From a virus (Duplodnaviria; Caudoviricetes): a DNA stretch of 64,000 bases. The stretch is from IMG/VR virus record IMGVR_UViG_3300027533_000015, positions 1 through 64,000 of that record. One strand, written 5' to 3'. Shown one piece after another: positions 8,401-17,823 of this stretch (positions within the stretch are counted from its first letter, which is position 1; each line of letters starts with the position of its first letter). The position numbers were made by a program, and so were the translations under genes. Under the pieces are notes generated by a model. It had not been told where the DNA came from. It saw only the letters and a list, made by a program, of their open reading frames with translations, and made no database searches.

Positions 8401-10287
8401 TTAATGTATTTCAGAATAATTATTACCAAAATCAATACTAATACCCAACTTAACATTGAGCTTTAGCTGCTCATTTACCTCATCTATTGCCTGCAGTAAC
8501 TTAATTTTAGTGCACTCCTCTTCTCCTTTCTTAACTGGAAAGATGATCTCATCATGGAACTGGCCACAGATTCTAATGCCTTTTGCTCTTACTTTCTTTA
8601 TCCAGCAGTCAAAGCAATAGACTCCAGTTCCCTGATTCAGAGTGCTGAACCTGTCCTTGAAGGCTCTTAGGCTATACCACAGTTGTGATACTGGATTGAA
8701 TAGCCACATCTGCTCTCCTATGGTCTTGGTAATGCTATCTTCAGCCACTCTTTTCACTGACCAATTTCTCTTCCAGTATGTCACATAGAGCTTCTTGGCT
8801 TCAGACATTGAAAAGCCTCCTGTCAGGGCCAGTTTAGCCACCCCTGCACCATATATGCCACCAAAATTTACCTTCTTTGCTTTGGCTCTAATGGGCTTGT
8901 GACTGACACCCTCTTTTCCCTTTGTCCTTTCATATAACTTATGCTCTTCAGCCTGCTCTGGTGTCAGCATCCCTGCCAGCACTGCGATATCCAGATGTGG
9001 ATCAAATCCATCCTCCATCATCTCCTTTACATACTCAGGATCATAGAAGTACATGTAGTGCCTCTTGGTATTATCCTCCAATCCTTTCATATCAGAGCCA
9101 CAGAGGACATAATCCTCACTGGGGGCTATTAAACAGCTTCTCACATATTCTCCATATAGTTTTTCTGAAGTTGGCAGATTGACCAAGACAGCATGTTGAA
9201 ACCTTAAAGTATTGGTGAAGCCCTGTGTGCCTGCCACTAAATACCCATCCTTATCCACATCCCTTATGAAGCCCTGTAGTATTCCCATCCTGCTTCCAAT
9301 GGAATAGAGACCATTTAGTTCTCCCAGTTCTGGCATGTTCTCCACCAGTTCCATGACACTCTCTGTGAGTTCAGCTTCAGGAGTGCTGATCTGTGGTATC
9401 CTTCTCATGGAACCATCCAGCTCCCTGATATACTTATATAAGTCAGGAACCCACCCAAGACTAAATAGCCATGCTTTTATCTGCTGATGTGACCTTGGAT
9501 TCCCAGGTTTGCGGCTATGCTCTACCTGTATTGTTCCCATGTGATAAGATGGCAATCCCTTAAGCTCAAGCAGGTCTAACCATTTTTGCCCTGCTATTGA
9601 TATGCTCTCATCCTTTCTATACAATGTCTTTGGCCTTGCCACCAGCTTGTATTTGATATCAGGAGGCATGAGGGCTGACACTGCCTGTTTCTTCTTCTGA
9701 TATTCATCCTCCAAATGAGCCAGATTATCCCTACAGGCTTGTTCATCCAGTTTCCATCTCATCTCTACCTGCTCTCTTGCACACTCCATCTTGAACATCA
9801 GGTAATTTATCAGCCTGTCAATATCATCCCTGTTATCATTGTAGATCAACCTGAGATGATAAATGAGATTATAGAACAGGGCCACATTGATCCTCACATC
9901 CTCACTGCACCTGAAGACATAATCCACAGTCTCCAGATTAGTCCAATCATCTATGGGAGGCTTTTCAATATGGAGATCATATCCCCACTCTCCCAGAGCA
10001 TGTGAATCTCTTTCAGGATGGATATATCTTGATAGTCCCAAAGTATCAATAGCCCTGCCCCTGTAAGTGACTCCCAAAATCTTCTTCACTGCTGGAATAT
10101 CAAACTCAATAATGTTATGACCTACTATTACTTCCTCCTCCTCAAAGAACCTTCTCATGTCCTCATAGTTAAGCAGAACTAACTGTTCTTCTTTACCATC
10201 TCTGAATCTTGTGGCACAAACACAGTGTATCTTGGTAATAGTATCCAGTAAGCCATCACTTTCAAGGTCAACTACACTGTAATTCAT
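8401..10287 (-). CDS. polA: Family A DNA polymerase (T7-like, 3'-5' exonuclease plus polymerase)
   Basis: Exo I DLESD, Exo II GHNIIEFD, motif A SDMKGLE, motif B RAKAKKVNFGGIYG, motif C FHDE. Confidence 0.95.
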   Translation of the reverse strand: MNYSVVDLESDGLLDTITKIHCVCATRFRDGKEEQLVLLNYEDMRRFFEEEEVIVGHNIIEFDIPAVKKILGVTYRGRAIDTLGLSRYIHPERDSHALGEWGYDLHIEKPPIDDWTNLETVDYVFRCSEDVRINVALFYNLIYHLRLIYNDNRDDIDRLINYLMFKMECAREQVEMRWKLDEQACRDNLAHLEDEYQKKKQAVSALMPPDIKYKLVARPKTLYRKDESISIAGQKWLDLLELKGLPSYHMGTIQVEHSRKPGNPRSHQQIKAWLFSLGWVPDLYKYIRELDGSMRRIPQISTPEAELTESVMELVENMPELGELNGLYSIGSRMGILQGFIRDVDKDGYLVAGTQGFTNTLRFQHAVLVNLPTSEKLYGEYVRSCLIAPSEDYVLCGSDMKGLEDNTKRHYMYFYDPEYVKEMMEDGFDPHLDIAVLAGMLTPEQAEEHKLYERTKGKEGVSHKPIRAKAKKVNFGGIYGAGVAKLALTGGFSMSEAKKLYVTYWKRNWSVKRVAEDSITKTIGEQMWLFNPVSQLWYSLRAFKDRFSTLNQGTGVYCFDCWIKKVRAKGIRICGQFHDEIIFPVKKGEEECTKIKLLQAIDEVNEQLKLNVKLGISIDFGNNYSEIH

Positions 10288-10303
10288 AGTAAAAGTTTTT
10301 TAG

Positions 10304-10582
10304 TTACTTGAACATTGATCTGGGGCAGACAACAACATTACCTACTAACATGACTGGGATAGGTAAAGTCACTAATGCTGTAGCTTTAGGATTAGGAGCA
10401 GACTTCTTAAATCTTCCATCTTCATCTACAATCATGATCATCCCTTTCTCCTTTGTCTTCCACACTACTTCAATCATGTCACATTCCATGTGCTTATACA
10501 GCTCATCAAAGCTGAACCACTTGCTGTTAGCAGGCTTAATCTCCACCTCTGTGCCATCAGGCTTGATTAGTCTTGCATTCAT
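10304..10582 (-). CDS. DUF3846-like small phage protein
   Basis: IEVV...MIVDEDGR....N..AT....LVGNVVV pattern. Confidence 0.6.
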   Translation of the reverse strand: MNARLIKPDGTEVEIKPANSKWFSFDELYKHMECDMIEVVWKTKEKGMIMIVDEDGRFKKSAPNPKATALVTLPIPVMLVGNVVVCPRSMFK

Positions 10583-10824
10583 TTTCTTGGCTTTTGTCTG
10601 GTGGGAGAAATAGATGTTGTGGTCACCCTGTAGATCACTGGCCCTGTAATAGAATTGCTATCATCCTGAAACAGGGCTGAGCTTGAGTTCAACACCCTGA
10701 GAGTGGCCTGTGCACTTGCATAAGCTGCCTGTCTTGTAGTAAAATTCTTAGTCCATAGCTCTTTGTTGTTGATACTCATAATAATCAGGTTGAATTTGTC
10801 TTTGATTCTTCTTAATCTGAACAT
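10579..10824 (-). CDS. Hypothetical protein
   Basis: ORF coupled to its neighbour in the operon. Confidence 0.55.
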   Translation of the reverse strand: MFRLRRIKDKFNLIIMSINNKELWTKNFTTRQAAYASAQATLRVLNSSSALFQDDSNSITGPVIYRVTTTSISPTRQKPRK

Positions 10825-10842
10825 AACTGTTGATTTAATGTG

Positions 10843-11181
10843 TTATTGATCTGGTTTTGTAAATCCACTTTCATAGAAACGTTTAATGAGCTGGTCTTCT
10901 TCCTCTGTGAGCATAGGAGTTACAGGAGCTTCTCTGAATTTTTCTCTTAATTTCTGAGCATACAGTTCTGATATCTTCTTTTCTTCTCCATGTAACTCCT
11001 CCTCCATCTCCTCCTCCAAAGTTTTTCTTGCCAGCCTGACATAATCTATCTCAGCTCTTAAATGCAGGGTATTCTTCATCTTATCAATCATTCTTAATAT
11101 GATAATAAAGGTGACCAAGCAGGCTAAGAACAGGGCAATGAGACATAGCCAGATGGCATTGATTTCTACAGTTGCATCCAT
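10843..11181 (-). CDS. Membrane-anchored coiled-coil protein
   Basis: N-terminal TM segment IWLCLIALFLACLVTFIIIL. Confidence 0.6.
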   Translation of the reverse strand: MDATVEINAIWLCLIALFLACLVTFIIILRMIDKMKNTLHLRAEIDYVRLARKTLEEEMEEELHGEEKKISELYAQKLREKFREAPVTPMLTEEEDQLIKRFYESGFTKPDQ

Positions 11182-11191
11182 AGTTTTAGTT

Positions 11192-11458
11192 TTAGGCTTT
11201 GAAATAATGAATTACAATTTTATCATCCAGTATCATCAGTGTCCCAAGATAGTCTTCAGGGAATACCTCTTCTGGTATCCCTGTACCAATGGCTCTGATA
11301 ATTACTGGAATTGTTCCCACTCTCAGCTTCTCTTCAAATGCATACCAGAATACTCCAATGCCCTTCTGAAAGTCAACCTTGAGAATTTTATAATCCTCCG
11401 GTAATTTATACCCTTTTGTTTCTCCCAGCATGGGGAGGACTTCTTTGTGTACTGTCAT
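11192..11458 (-). CDS. Hypothetical phage protein
   Basis: LP...KILKVDFQ....W....IGTG......YLGT pattern seen in small phage proteins. Confidence 0.6.
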   Translation of the reverse strand: MTVHKEVLPMLGETKGYKLPEDYKILKVDFQKGIGVFWYAFEEKLRVGTIPVIIRAIGTGIPEEVFPEDYLGTLMILDDKIVIHYFKA

Positions 11459-11759
11459 TGCTTTGATTTTTGTCTTTGTAGTTAATTAATTTTTGAATCA
11501 TGACATGGGCCTCCTCTCCAAACTTAATCCTGATATAGGCACTCATGGATATATTATCAAGACCCTTATATCTTGTTATCTTGCCATTGTAATCAGAATC
11601 ATGCTCTGTCAGCATATTATCCAGCTTTATGAGATCAATCTCAATCTGGTGGGTGACCAGTGACAATGGCCCATCAATAGGCATTCTGAATCCAAATAGT
11701 TTATTAAGCTGGTAGATCATTTTGTATCTCCTGCTATTGCTTGCTACATCTACACTCAT
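11406..11759 (-). CDS. Hypothetical protein
   Basis: In-operon ORF. Confidence 0.55.
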   Translation of the reverse strand: MSVDVASNSRRYKMIYQLNKLFGFRMPIDGPLSLVTHQIEIDLIKLDNMLTEHDSDYNGKITRYKGLDNISMSAYIRIKFGEEAHVMIQKLINYKDKNQSNDSTQRSPPHAGRNKRV

Positions 11760-11765
11760 TTTATA

Positions 11766-13079
11766 TTATTTGACGTTGTTTAAAATAACCAAATCTGAAC
11801 TGCGGGTAACTGCGGTATAAAGTAAGCGTGTTCTCTCCTCTGCATTCTTATTCATCATCATGTCTCCTATGTTTAATACTGCTTGTCTGTAAGTTGAGCC
11901 TTGGGATTTATGCACTGTTATACTATGATTGTACTTAATATCTGCAAACTGCTCCTTGAAGAATGTCTTGCCTCTGTATCCCCATCCATGCTTTGCACAG
12001 TTATTGGACAAGATTTTGAATACATGATCAAACATGGCCTCTGACTCTTCATGAATCACATTGAAGGCATCATTGATCCTGTAATACTTCATCTTGATCC
12101 TGTCAGTAGCACTCATGGGCTGATTCATGCTGTCATATTTAGTAGCCTGCTTGGGGACACAGATATAATCAGTGACAACAGCAACATCCACAATCTTCTC
12201 CTCTTTATTAGTGTAGAAGCTGCCATAAGGAGAATTAAACACTATGGTCTCATCCTTCTCAATCTTCTTTGGATTACCATATCTGCGCTGCCTCACTAAC
12301 CTGTTCATTTCATCTACCACCCTGTTAGTCCATGCTAAGTATTTCATATCATCAGTGCCATTGACTTCAGCCAAATCCTCTATCAGTCTCTCCCTGTTAT
12401 CATCATAGACATATCCTTTGCCATCAATGAGAAATGGAGTCTTAAAAAATATCATGTCCAGATCCCTGCTTAATTCAATAATAGGATTACCTGCACCCTG
12501 TCTTACTATCTCAGTCAGTTCTATGACAGGATAATCTTTCAGGAATACAGGAGATGATACCTCGCCTACTGGATTAATTTGCTTATCATCTCCTATATAG
12601 ATGATTGGAATTCCATAGTCATCCAAATAACCTTCAAGATATTCCTTTTCACCTTCCTCATTGATGATCTCTCCTCCCTCAATTTGTGAGTTAAGCATTG
12701 ATACTTCGTCTATTACAGCAAATTTACATTTGGAGAATTCATCCTTTTTACTGAACATTTGCTTGTAACATTCCTGCCCTGTCTTATTGTCTACCCATCT
12801 AGCCAGTTTAAGAGCACTGTGAATAGTGCAGAAATTAACTGGACTGGATACCTTAGTCTTGAGCACTGCGAGGGCTTTATTAGTAGGGGCTGTAACATAA
12901 ACCAAACCATTATTCTGTCTATAAGGCCACACAGTTCTATCCTTGAGGAGATACTTTACTAATTCCCCTGCAAAGAATGTCTTACCTACCCCTGCACTCC
13001 CCTTAATCAGTATCCTGTTGTGCCTGCCCAGAGCTTCCAGAGCCTCTGTGAATTTCTCCTGTTGATGTTGTGTCAGCAT
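11766..13079 (-). CDS. SF1B helicase (Dda/RecD-like)
   Basis: GSAGVGKT, TAPTNKA, TIHS, IDEVSM, GDDKQI, RQ, TVHKSQGST, YTAVTR. Confidence 0.92.
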   Translation of the reverse strand: MLTQHQQEKFTEALEALGRHNRILIKGSAGVGKTFFAGELVKYLLKDRTVWPYRQNNGLVYVTAPTNKALAVLKTKVSSPVNFCTIHSALKLARWVDNKTGQECYKQMFSKKDEFSKCKFAVIDEVSMLNSQIEGGEIINEEGEKEYLEGYLDDYGIPIIYIGDDKQINPVGEVSSPVFLKDYPVIELTEIVRQGAGNPIIELSRDLDMIFFKTPFLIDGKGYVYDDNRERLIEDLAEVNGTDDMKYLAWTNRVVDEMNRLVRQRRYGNPKKIEKDETIVFNSPYGSFYTNKEEKIVDVAVVTDYICVPKQATKYDSMNQPMSATDRIKMKYYRINDAFNVIHEESEAMFDHVFKILSNNCAKHGWGYRGKTFFKEQFADIKYNHSITVHKSQGSTYRQAVLNIGDMMMNKNAEERTRLLYTAVTRSSDLVILNNVK

Positions 13080-13404
13080 GGTAGTTCTTGTTTAAATTGG
13101 TTAAGTCTTTTTTTACATCCACTGATATCTTTCTCATTATCTCGTAGAGTTCAGGATAATCCTTGTATTCTTCAGCTATACCATCCACTATCTTAGCTAT
13201 TCTCTTTTTCCTGAAGTAGTACATAGTAGCTATGAATATGGTACAGAGATTGACAAGAGGCAGTAAACCAAATACAGTGGCCATCTTCATCCTGTTATTG
13301 CCATAAGTATTGATCTCTGACTCTTTGAAATAAGCTCTTGAAATGGGGATGCCTGCACATACTGTGAGCAGGTAAATGATAGTGATTAATGATAATGTTG
13401 TCAT
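13003..13404 (-). CDS. Membrane protein with 2 TM segments
   Basis: Two hydrophobic segments. Confidence 0.55.
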   Translation of the reverse strand: MTTLSLITIIYLLTVCAGIPISRAYFKESEINTYGNNRMKMATVFGLLPLVNLCTIFIATMYYFRKKRIAKIVDGIAEEYKDYPELYEIMRKISVDVKKDLTNLNKNYHADTTSTGEIHRGSGSSGQAQQDTD

Positions 13405-13407
13405 GAT

Positions 13408-13635
13408 TTAGTCCTCCTTGAATCTGTCTTTTTGTGGTTTAATTTTCATATCCAGCTCCCTTGAACTATACTCCCATTGTTCCAGTAATATTTTCCTGGC
13501 CTCATCAATAGCCTTCAGGATATTCCTCTCATGCTCAGTGACACACTCTTTAGGAACAACAAATATCAGCCCTGTTATCCTTGCCTTGAGCCAGTTTCTC
13601 TGTCTTGCTATTTCAGCTTTAGTAGGTGCTGCCAT
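13408..13635 (-). CDS. Hypothetical protein
   Basis: Tightly packed in-operon ORF. Confidence 0.55.
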   Translation of the reverse strand: MAAPTKAEIARQRNWLKARITGLIFVVPKECVTEHERNILKAIDEARKILLEQWEYSSRELDMKIKPQKDRFKED

Positions 13636-13637
13636 GA

Positions 13638-14054
13638 TTATTTATTTTTAGAATTAAACCAGATAATGAAATCATAAATGGCATTGCGCATATTAGCCAT
13701 ATCATAGGCAATGAGAGACGTTATAAATCTGCTTCTCATGTTTGATACATTGGAGAGCAGTACAATATCCTGCATAACAGAATTGGTAGTATAGAACTTA
13801 GTCTTGGGAGCTTTAGCCAGACATATCCTGAAGGCTATAAGCAAATCTGTTTCTTTTGTAGGATTGGAGACCTTGCCTCCACAGAACTTGATAATGACCA
13901 TATTCTTAGCATAGTTCCTGTCCTTTGCCTCTTTGATTAATTTTTTGATTCCAGCTTTAGCTTCAGCAATGAGACTCTTCTTAGGAGTAATCTTCACTGT
14001 CTGTGACTTCCTCTTAAATGGAGGGATTGGTTTTTTCTTTTTTGTCTTTGCCAT
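13638..14054 (-). CDS. Basic hypothetical protein
   Basis: Lys-rich N-terminus; in-operon ORF. Confidence 0.55.
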   Translation of the reverse strand: MAKTKKKKPIPPFKRKSQTVKITPKKSLIAEAKAGIKKLIKEAKDRNYAKNMVIIKFCGGKVSNPTKETDLLIAFRICLAKAPKTKFYTTNSVMQDIVLLSNVSNMRSRFITSLIAYDMANMRNAIYDFIIWFNSKNK

Positions 14055-14166
14055 TTGATTGATTTTCTGATTAGTAATTTAAAAAAAAAGGTCAGGCTTA
14101 ATCAGGCTATACTATGGTACACCATGACAGAAACCATAATTCACCTTTTGAACCTGACCAGTAACT

Positions 14167-14472
14167 TTAGTCAGTGAATTCATTATCCGGAAACATAGTC
14201 TTCAGCTCCTTATATGTCATAATCAGGCTATCTTCAGGTAAATCCTTATTGCCTTTACCATCATATAATATACTGGTATGAATTATAAATGGTCTTCCTG
14301 TGGTCATATACTCTGCTGGTATATAATTGTAGGAGACCTTACCCTTAGTGTAATTGCTTCCAAATAAGACGTTATCATCTTTATCAAACACTTTCTTTAA
14401 CAAGTTTTCCGGGAATGCTTTGATCTCCGCTTTTTCAGCATTGGGAGATAATTTTTTGACTTCTGTGCCCAT
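14167..14472 (-). CDS. Hypothetical protein
   Basis: ORF flanked by hairpins. Confidence 0.55.
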   Translation of the reverse strand: MGTEVKKLSPNAEKAEIKAFPENLLKKVFDKDDNVLFGSNYTKGKVSYNYIPAEYMTTGRPFIIHTSILYDGKGNKDLPEDSLIMTYKELKTMFPDNEFTD

Positions 14473-14510
14473 AGATTAAAGTTTTTGAAATAACAGTAGT
14501 AATAAAAATA

Positions 14511-14570
14511 AAGGGGTGGGCTAAGTTACGTGATAATAATATCACGATAGCTTAAACCCACACACCTTCA
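14511..14570 (-). terminator. Probable intrinsic terminator hairpin
   Basis: GTGGG.TAAG...CGTGATA/TATCACG...CTTA.ACCCAC imperfect stem followed by a U-rich tract on the minus strand. Confidence 0.45.
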
Positions 14571-14597
14571 TTCACTGATCAATAGAGGACTACACAA

Positions 14598-15239
14598 TTA
14601 AATGGTCTGGTTTGCCATAACAGAAGCACCAGAAAGCTCCGCTTCCAGTAATGCTGACACATAGGGAGTATCAATGTGTCTTGCATCCACATCAGCTTTA
14701 GGAGAACCCCAAAAGAAGGTTCTGCGATATTGCACTCTTCCAGCTTTGTCAAGCACCAGTTTGCCAGCAGTACCATCAGCAATGGTTGTAGGATTTTCAG
14801 GATATCTCACAGCTTGTGTAGCTGCAAAATCATCCAGTGTCCTTAATTTAGCTGTGATGGCATACAACTGGTTCTCATCCAGAATTGGCCTGCAGCTCAA
14901 AGCCTTATAAATGCAGGCTCCATTTGCATTGGCTTTCTCAATCCTTGCCTGTACTTCTGCAACAGAAATACCTTCAGGCACTAAAATCCATGCTACCCGG
15001 TTTTCCACAGATTTAAAATCCTGTGTACCAAAACCAAATTCATCATTGCTGAAGAAATTGTCCTGCATGTTGGAGGCAGTCTTTTTAGAAGGGTACTGGG
15101 ACAGTGTTTCCACAGTTTGCCTGATCTGTGCTGTCAGAGTTCCTTTCTTCTGGAACTCACCATTGTTAGAAACTTTGTCAAGGGTTACTTGGCTTGAGGT
15201 GATAGTAGTTACTACACCTGTTGGGGATGTTGTTTGCAT
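14598..15239 (-). CDS. Hypothetical protein, 213 aa
   Basis: Long ORF with strong A-rich start context and a structured leader. Confidence 0.75.
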   Translation of the reverse strand: MQTTSPTGVVTTITSSQVTLDKVSNNGEFQKKGTLTAQIRQTVETLSQYPSKKTASNMQDNFFSNDEFGFGTQDFKSVENRVAWILVPEGISVAEVQARIEKANANGACIYKALSCRPILDENQLYAITAKLRTLDDFAATQAVRYPENPTTIADGTAGKLVLDKAGRVQYRRTFFWGSPKADVDARHIDTPYVSALLEAELSGASVMANQTI

Positions 15240-15391
15240 AAAACTTAATTTTTGTTTTTGTTGAGATTTAAAAAATTCGACTTTTTGAAATGATTATATT
15301 GATCAGCTAATTGTGTACACATTTTATCCAGAAATAATTCCCAATACTCTGGGAACTTCGCTTACTGCAAGCAATTAGGTATAGTGCTGCT

Positions 15392-15420
15392 GGAATTAGT
15401 GGGGGTTGATAGGGTGTGGA
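15392..15420. promoter_or_regulatory. G5 motif copy 1 (GGAATTAGTGGGGGTTGATAGGGTGTGGA)
   Basis: 28/29 identical to 19918-19946; intergenic. Confidence 0.6.
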
Positions 15421-15431
15421 TGGAAAAGCAC

Positions 15432-15467
15432 AAAAAGAAAGGCCAGTGTAACAACTCACTGGCCTTT
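15432..15467 (-). terminator. Intrinsic terminator
   Basis: AAAGGCCAGTG/CACTGGCCTTT 11-bp stem with a U tract on the minus strand. Confidence 0.75.
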
Positions 15468-15721
15468 TACGTGGTATCAACATTCCTGAACAAACAGGCT
15501 CTTTAATTACTTGCTTTAAAAAAAGTCTTCAACTGTGCTATAACTTTTCACCTTTTCAAGGGTTACTAGAGTCAAAATTACACCAATACCTGAGAAGACT
15601 TATTAAGTCCATCAACTTTGAAAAAATCGAAAAACAAGAGAATTGATGGGATATCTCTCATTTTTACCGTTTAATGCTTATTGTGGGATGATATCACTAA
15701 GGATACATGTGCACTTACACA

Positions 15722-15979
15722 TTAAGGGGATAACTTTGAAATATTTTCTGCTTCCAGCTTATCTTCAAGGTCTGCTACTTTGATGAGAGGCTCAAAATTA
15801 TGGTATTTGAATAATGTTGGCAGCTCCTCTATTGAATACAGTGACATGAATACCAGATGGATTCCATACTTGGTATATAGCTCTTCCATTGCTGTCATTT
15901 CATCTAATGTCTCAAAGGTTTCACCTTTTACTACATCAGGTTGTCTTTTATCCCTGAACAGGATATGATATTTGGGCAT
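15722..15979 (-). CDS. Hypothetical protein
   Basis: ORF track; operon orientation. Confidence 0.55.
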   Translation of the reverse strand: MPKYHILFRDKRQPDVVKGETFETLDEMTAMEELYTKYGIHLVFMSLYSIEELPTLFKYHNFEPLIKVADLEDKLEAENISKLSP

Positions 15980-15990
15980 AATTGATGATT

Positions 15991-16233
15991 TTAATTGTTG
16001 GTGGGTTTAACAGGCACAATTTTTACATAGTCTTTCAGCTTTCTGGTTCTGTATTCAAGTGGGCATTGACCACACTCACATTGAATAACAACATACTCTC
16101 CATATATATCACCTGCTATACCATAATAGTTAGTTTTCAGGTTTAAAATGAAGTTACCTACTTCAGGCTTGTCTTTGGATACAAAAAATTGCTGGCCATC
16201 TATGTCTATAAAATATGGTGATTGACTTGACAT
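15991..16233 (-). CDS. Hypothetical protein
   Basis: ORF track; CECGQC motif. Confidence 0.55.
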   Translation of the reverse strand: MSSQSPYFIDIDGQQFFVSKDKPEVGNFILNLKTNYYGIAGDIYGEYVVIQCECGQCPLEYRTRKLKDYVKIVPVKPTNN

Positions 16234-16256
16234 GGTGTATTTTTTTAAACTTCTAC

Positions 16257-16353
16257 CCTACATAGGCCCCAGGTTTACCCTGAAGGAGCATAGTTTCAAC
16301 TGGAGTTCCAGCTGAGACTATGTGGCTTCAGGTAAAACAGTGGGAGCTGTAGG
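16257..16353. ncRNA. Long imperfect rod-like hairpin (candidate ncRNA or RNase III site)
   Basis: Nested pairs CCTACA/TGTAGG, CTGAAG/CTTCAG, CATAGTTTCA/TGAGACTATG, CTGG/CCAG. Confidence 0.5.
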
Positions 16354-16537
16354 TTGTGAGTTGATAATTTAGTTTTGCTCTTGTTGCTTTTTGATTTTTA
16401 CTGTCTCATCTGTCTTTGGCCATCTCATCCTCTCTCTTCTGGCATCTTCATGTTCTCTATTTGTTTTGTCATTCCACATTTTCAGATAATGATATAAAAA
16501 ATAGCAGCCTATAAGAAAGAGACAGGCTTTTTCTAAG

Positions 16538-17014
16538 TTAGTCATTTGGTAATCCGTTTTGTATATCCCTCACTTGCTCATGAAGGGTATTGTTATTTAA
16601 AATTGTTTCTGGAATGCCTAATGCAGCATTCATTTGGTCTCTTACGCTATTTTGCATTCTCATGTAATCAACAACTGAAACCTGCTCTCCATACTGCTCC
16701 CTGATTTCACTGATTGATAGGACTTGTGTGGATGTTGAGGATTCCGGGTATTCATGAATCATACCATTGGCATCAGTGTTTATGACTTGAATACCTGTTG
16801 TACTTAATTGTTGCTGCCATACAGCAAGATCAAAATCAGTGTATTGAGGAATGGCATTGATATTTAGACTGGCATTGAGTATTCTCTGTGTATCAGGCCC
16901 ACCCCATTTCTCTGCTCCCCACTCTTGAAATACAGGCTCATTGCAATCAGGACATTTATTGAACTTGTAGCTGTCAAATTTGATACAGCAATTTTTGCAG
17001 ATGTGCTTCATCAT
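16538..17014 (-). CDS. Hypothetical protein with an N-terminal zinc ribbon
   Basis: CKNC...CPDC. Confidence 0.55.
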   Translation of the reverse strand: MMKHICKNCCIKFDSYKFNKCPDCNEPVFQEWGAEKWGGPDTQRILNASLNINAIPQYTDFDLAVWQQQLSTTGIQVINTDANGMIHEYPESSTSTQVLSISEIREQYGEQVSVVDYMRMQNSVRDQMNAALGIPETILNNNTLHEQVRDIQNGLPND

Positions 17015-17050
17015 GGCTGGTTAATTTAGGCATAAAGATAGAAAATAATG

Positions 17051-17080
17051 AAAAAAGCAGGATATAGAGATATCCCGCTT
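17051..17080 (-). terminator. Intrinsic terminator
   Basis: Minus strand AAGCGGGATAT-CTCT-ATATCCTGCTTTTTT. Confidence 0.7.
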
Positions 17081-17125
17081 ATTTAAATCACCAATTTTAA
17101 TCTTTACTATGCCAGTAAAGTAAGT

Positions 17126-17287
17126 TTAAGGCTTTTTGTTATTATCTTCTCTGTGTCTTGTGTTAATTGCATCAAGGACTACTACCATTGCTAATAATAA
17201 TACACCAATTCCTCCCATAATAATATAGGAGTCAACAAAGCACAGACAGAGTATGGCCAATATGATGAGAATTGTTTTCATGATCAT
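17126..17287 (-). CDS. Small membrane protein, 53 aa
   Basis: Translated by hand: MIMKTILIILAILCLCFVDSYIIMGGIGVLLLAMVVVLDAINTRHREDNNKKP. Confidence 0.55.
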   Translation of the reverse strand: MIMKTILIILAILCLCFVDSYIIMGGIGVLLLAMVVVLDAINTRHREDNNKKP

Positions 17288-17392
17288 GATGTTAATTGAT
17301 TTAGTAATGAATGACTGATTAAATATAGGAAGAGTATAGAAATACTCTTCCTTATTCTTCTAAACACTCTAATTGTTGGCACTCCAACTTTT

Positions 17393-17791
17393 TTATAGTA
17401 TTCCTACTAAATCTTTTGGTTCATCTGCACAAATATCTGCCATCTCTGCATAATTGATAATGTCACTGAGTTCATTATGGGCATAAGTGATCATGTAGTC
17501 TTCATTGCCATGATAATCTCTCATAGTGGTCAGGAGATCCAGGATTTGATAAAGGGTGTGTACTTCATTCTCATGAGAGTAGTCACTGTTGAATGATCCA
17601 TCAAAGCTGGCATTCTGTAACAGGACAGAGCTGGCAACTACATGAGGGAACACCTTATATGGGCCATTCCAGTATCCTGAGAGTTTCTCATATACCCTGT
17701 GAAATTTACGAATTTGTTTCTTGATTGATGCTAATGTCTCTGGTGACATAACAGATGCTTTTGCTTGTTTAGGCTTTTTAACTGATTGCAT
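17393..17791 (-). CDS. Hypothetical protein
   Basis: ORF track; A-rich start. Confidence 0.6.
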   Translation of the reverse strand: MQSVKKPKQAKASVMSPETLASIKKQIRKFHRVYEKLSGYWNGPYKVFPHVVASSVLLQNASFDGSFNSDYSHENEVHTLYQILDLLTTMRDYHGNEDYMITYAHNELSDIINYAEMADICADEPKDLVGIL

Positions 17792-17823
17792 AAAAATTAA
17801 AATTGATTGATTATTGAATTGAT

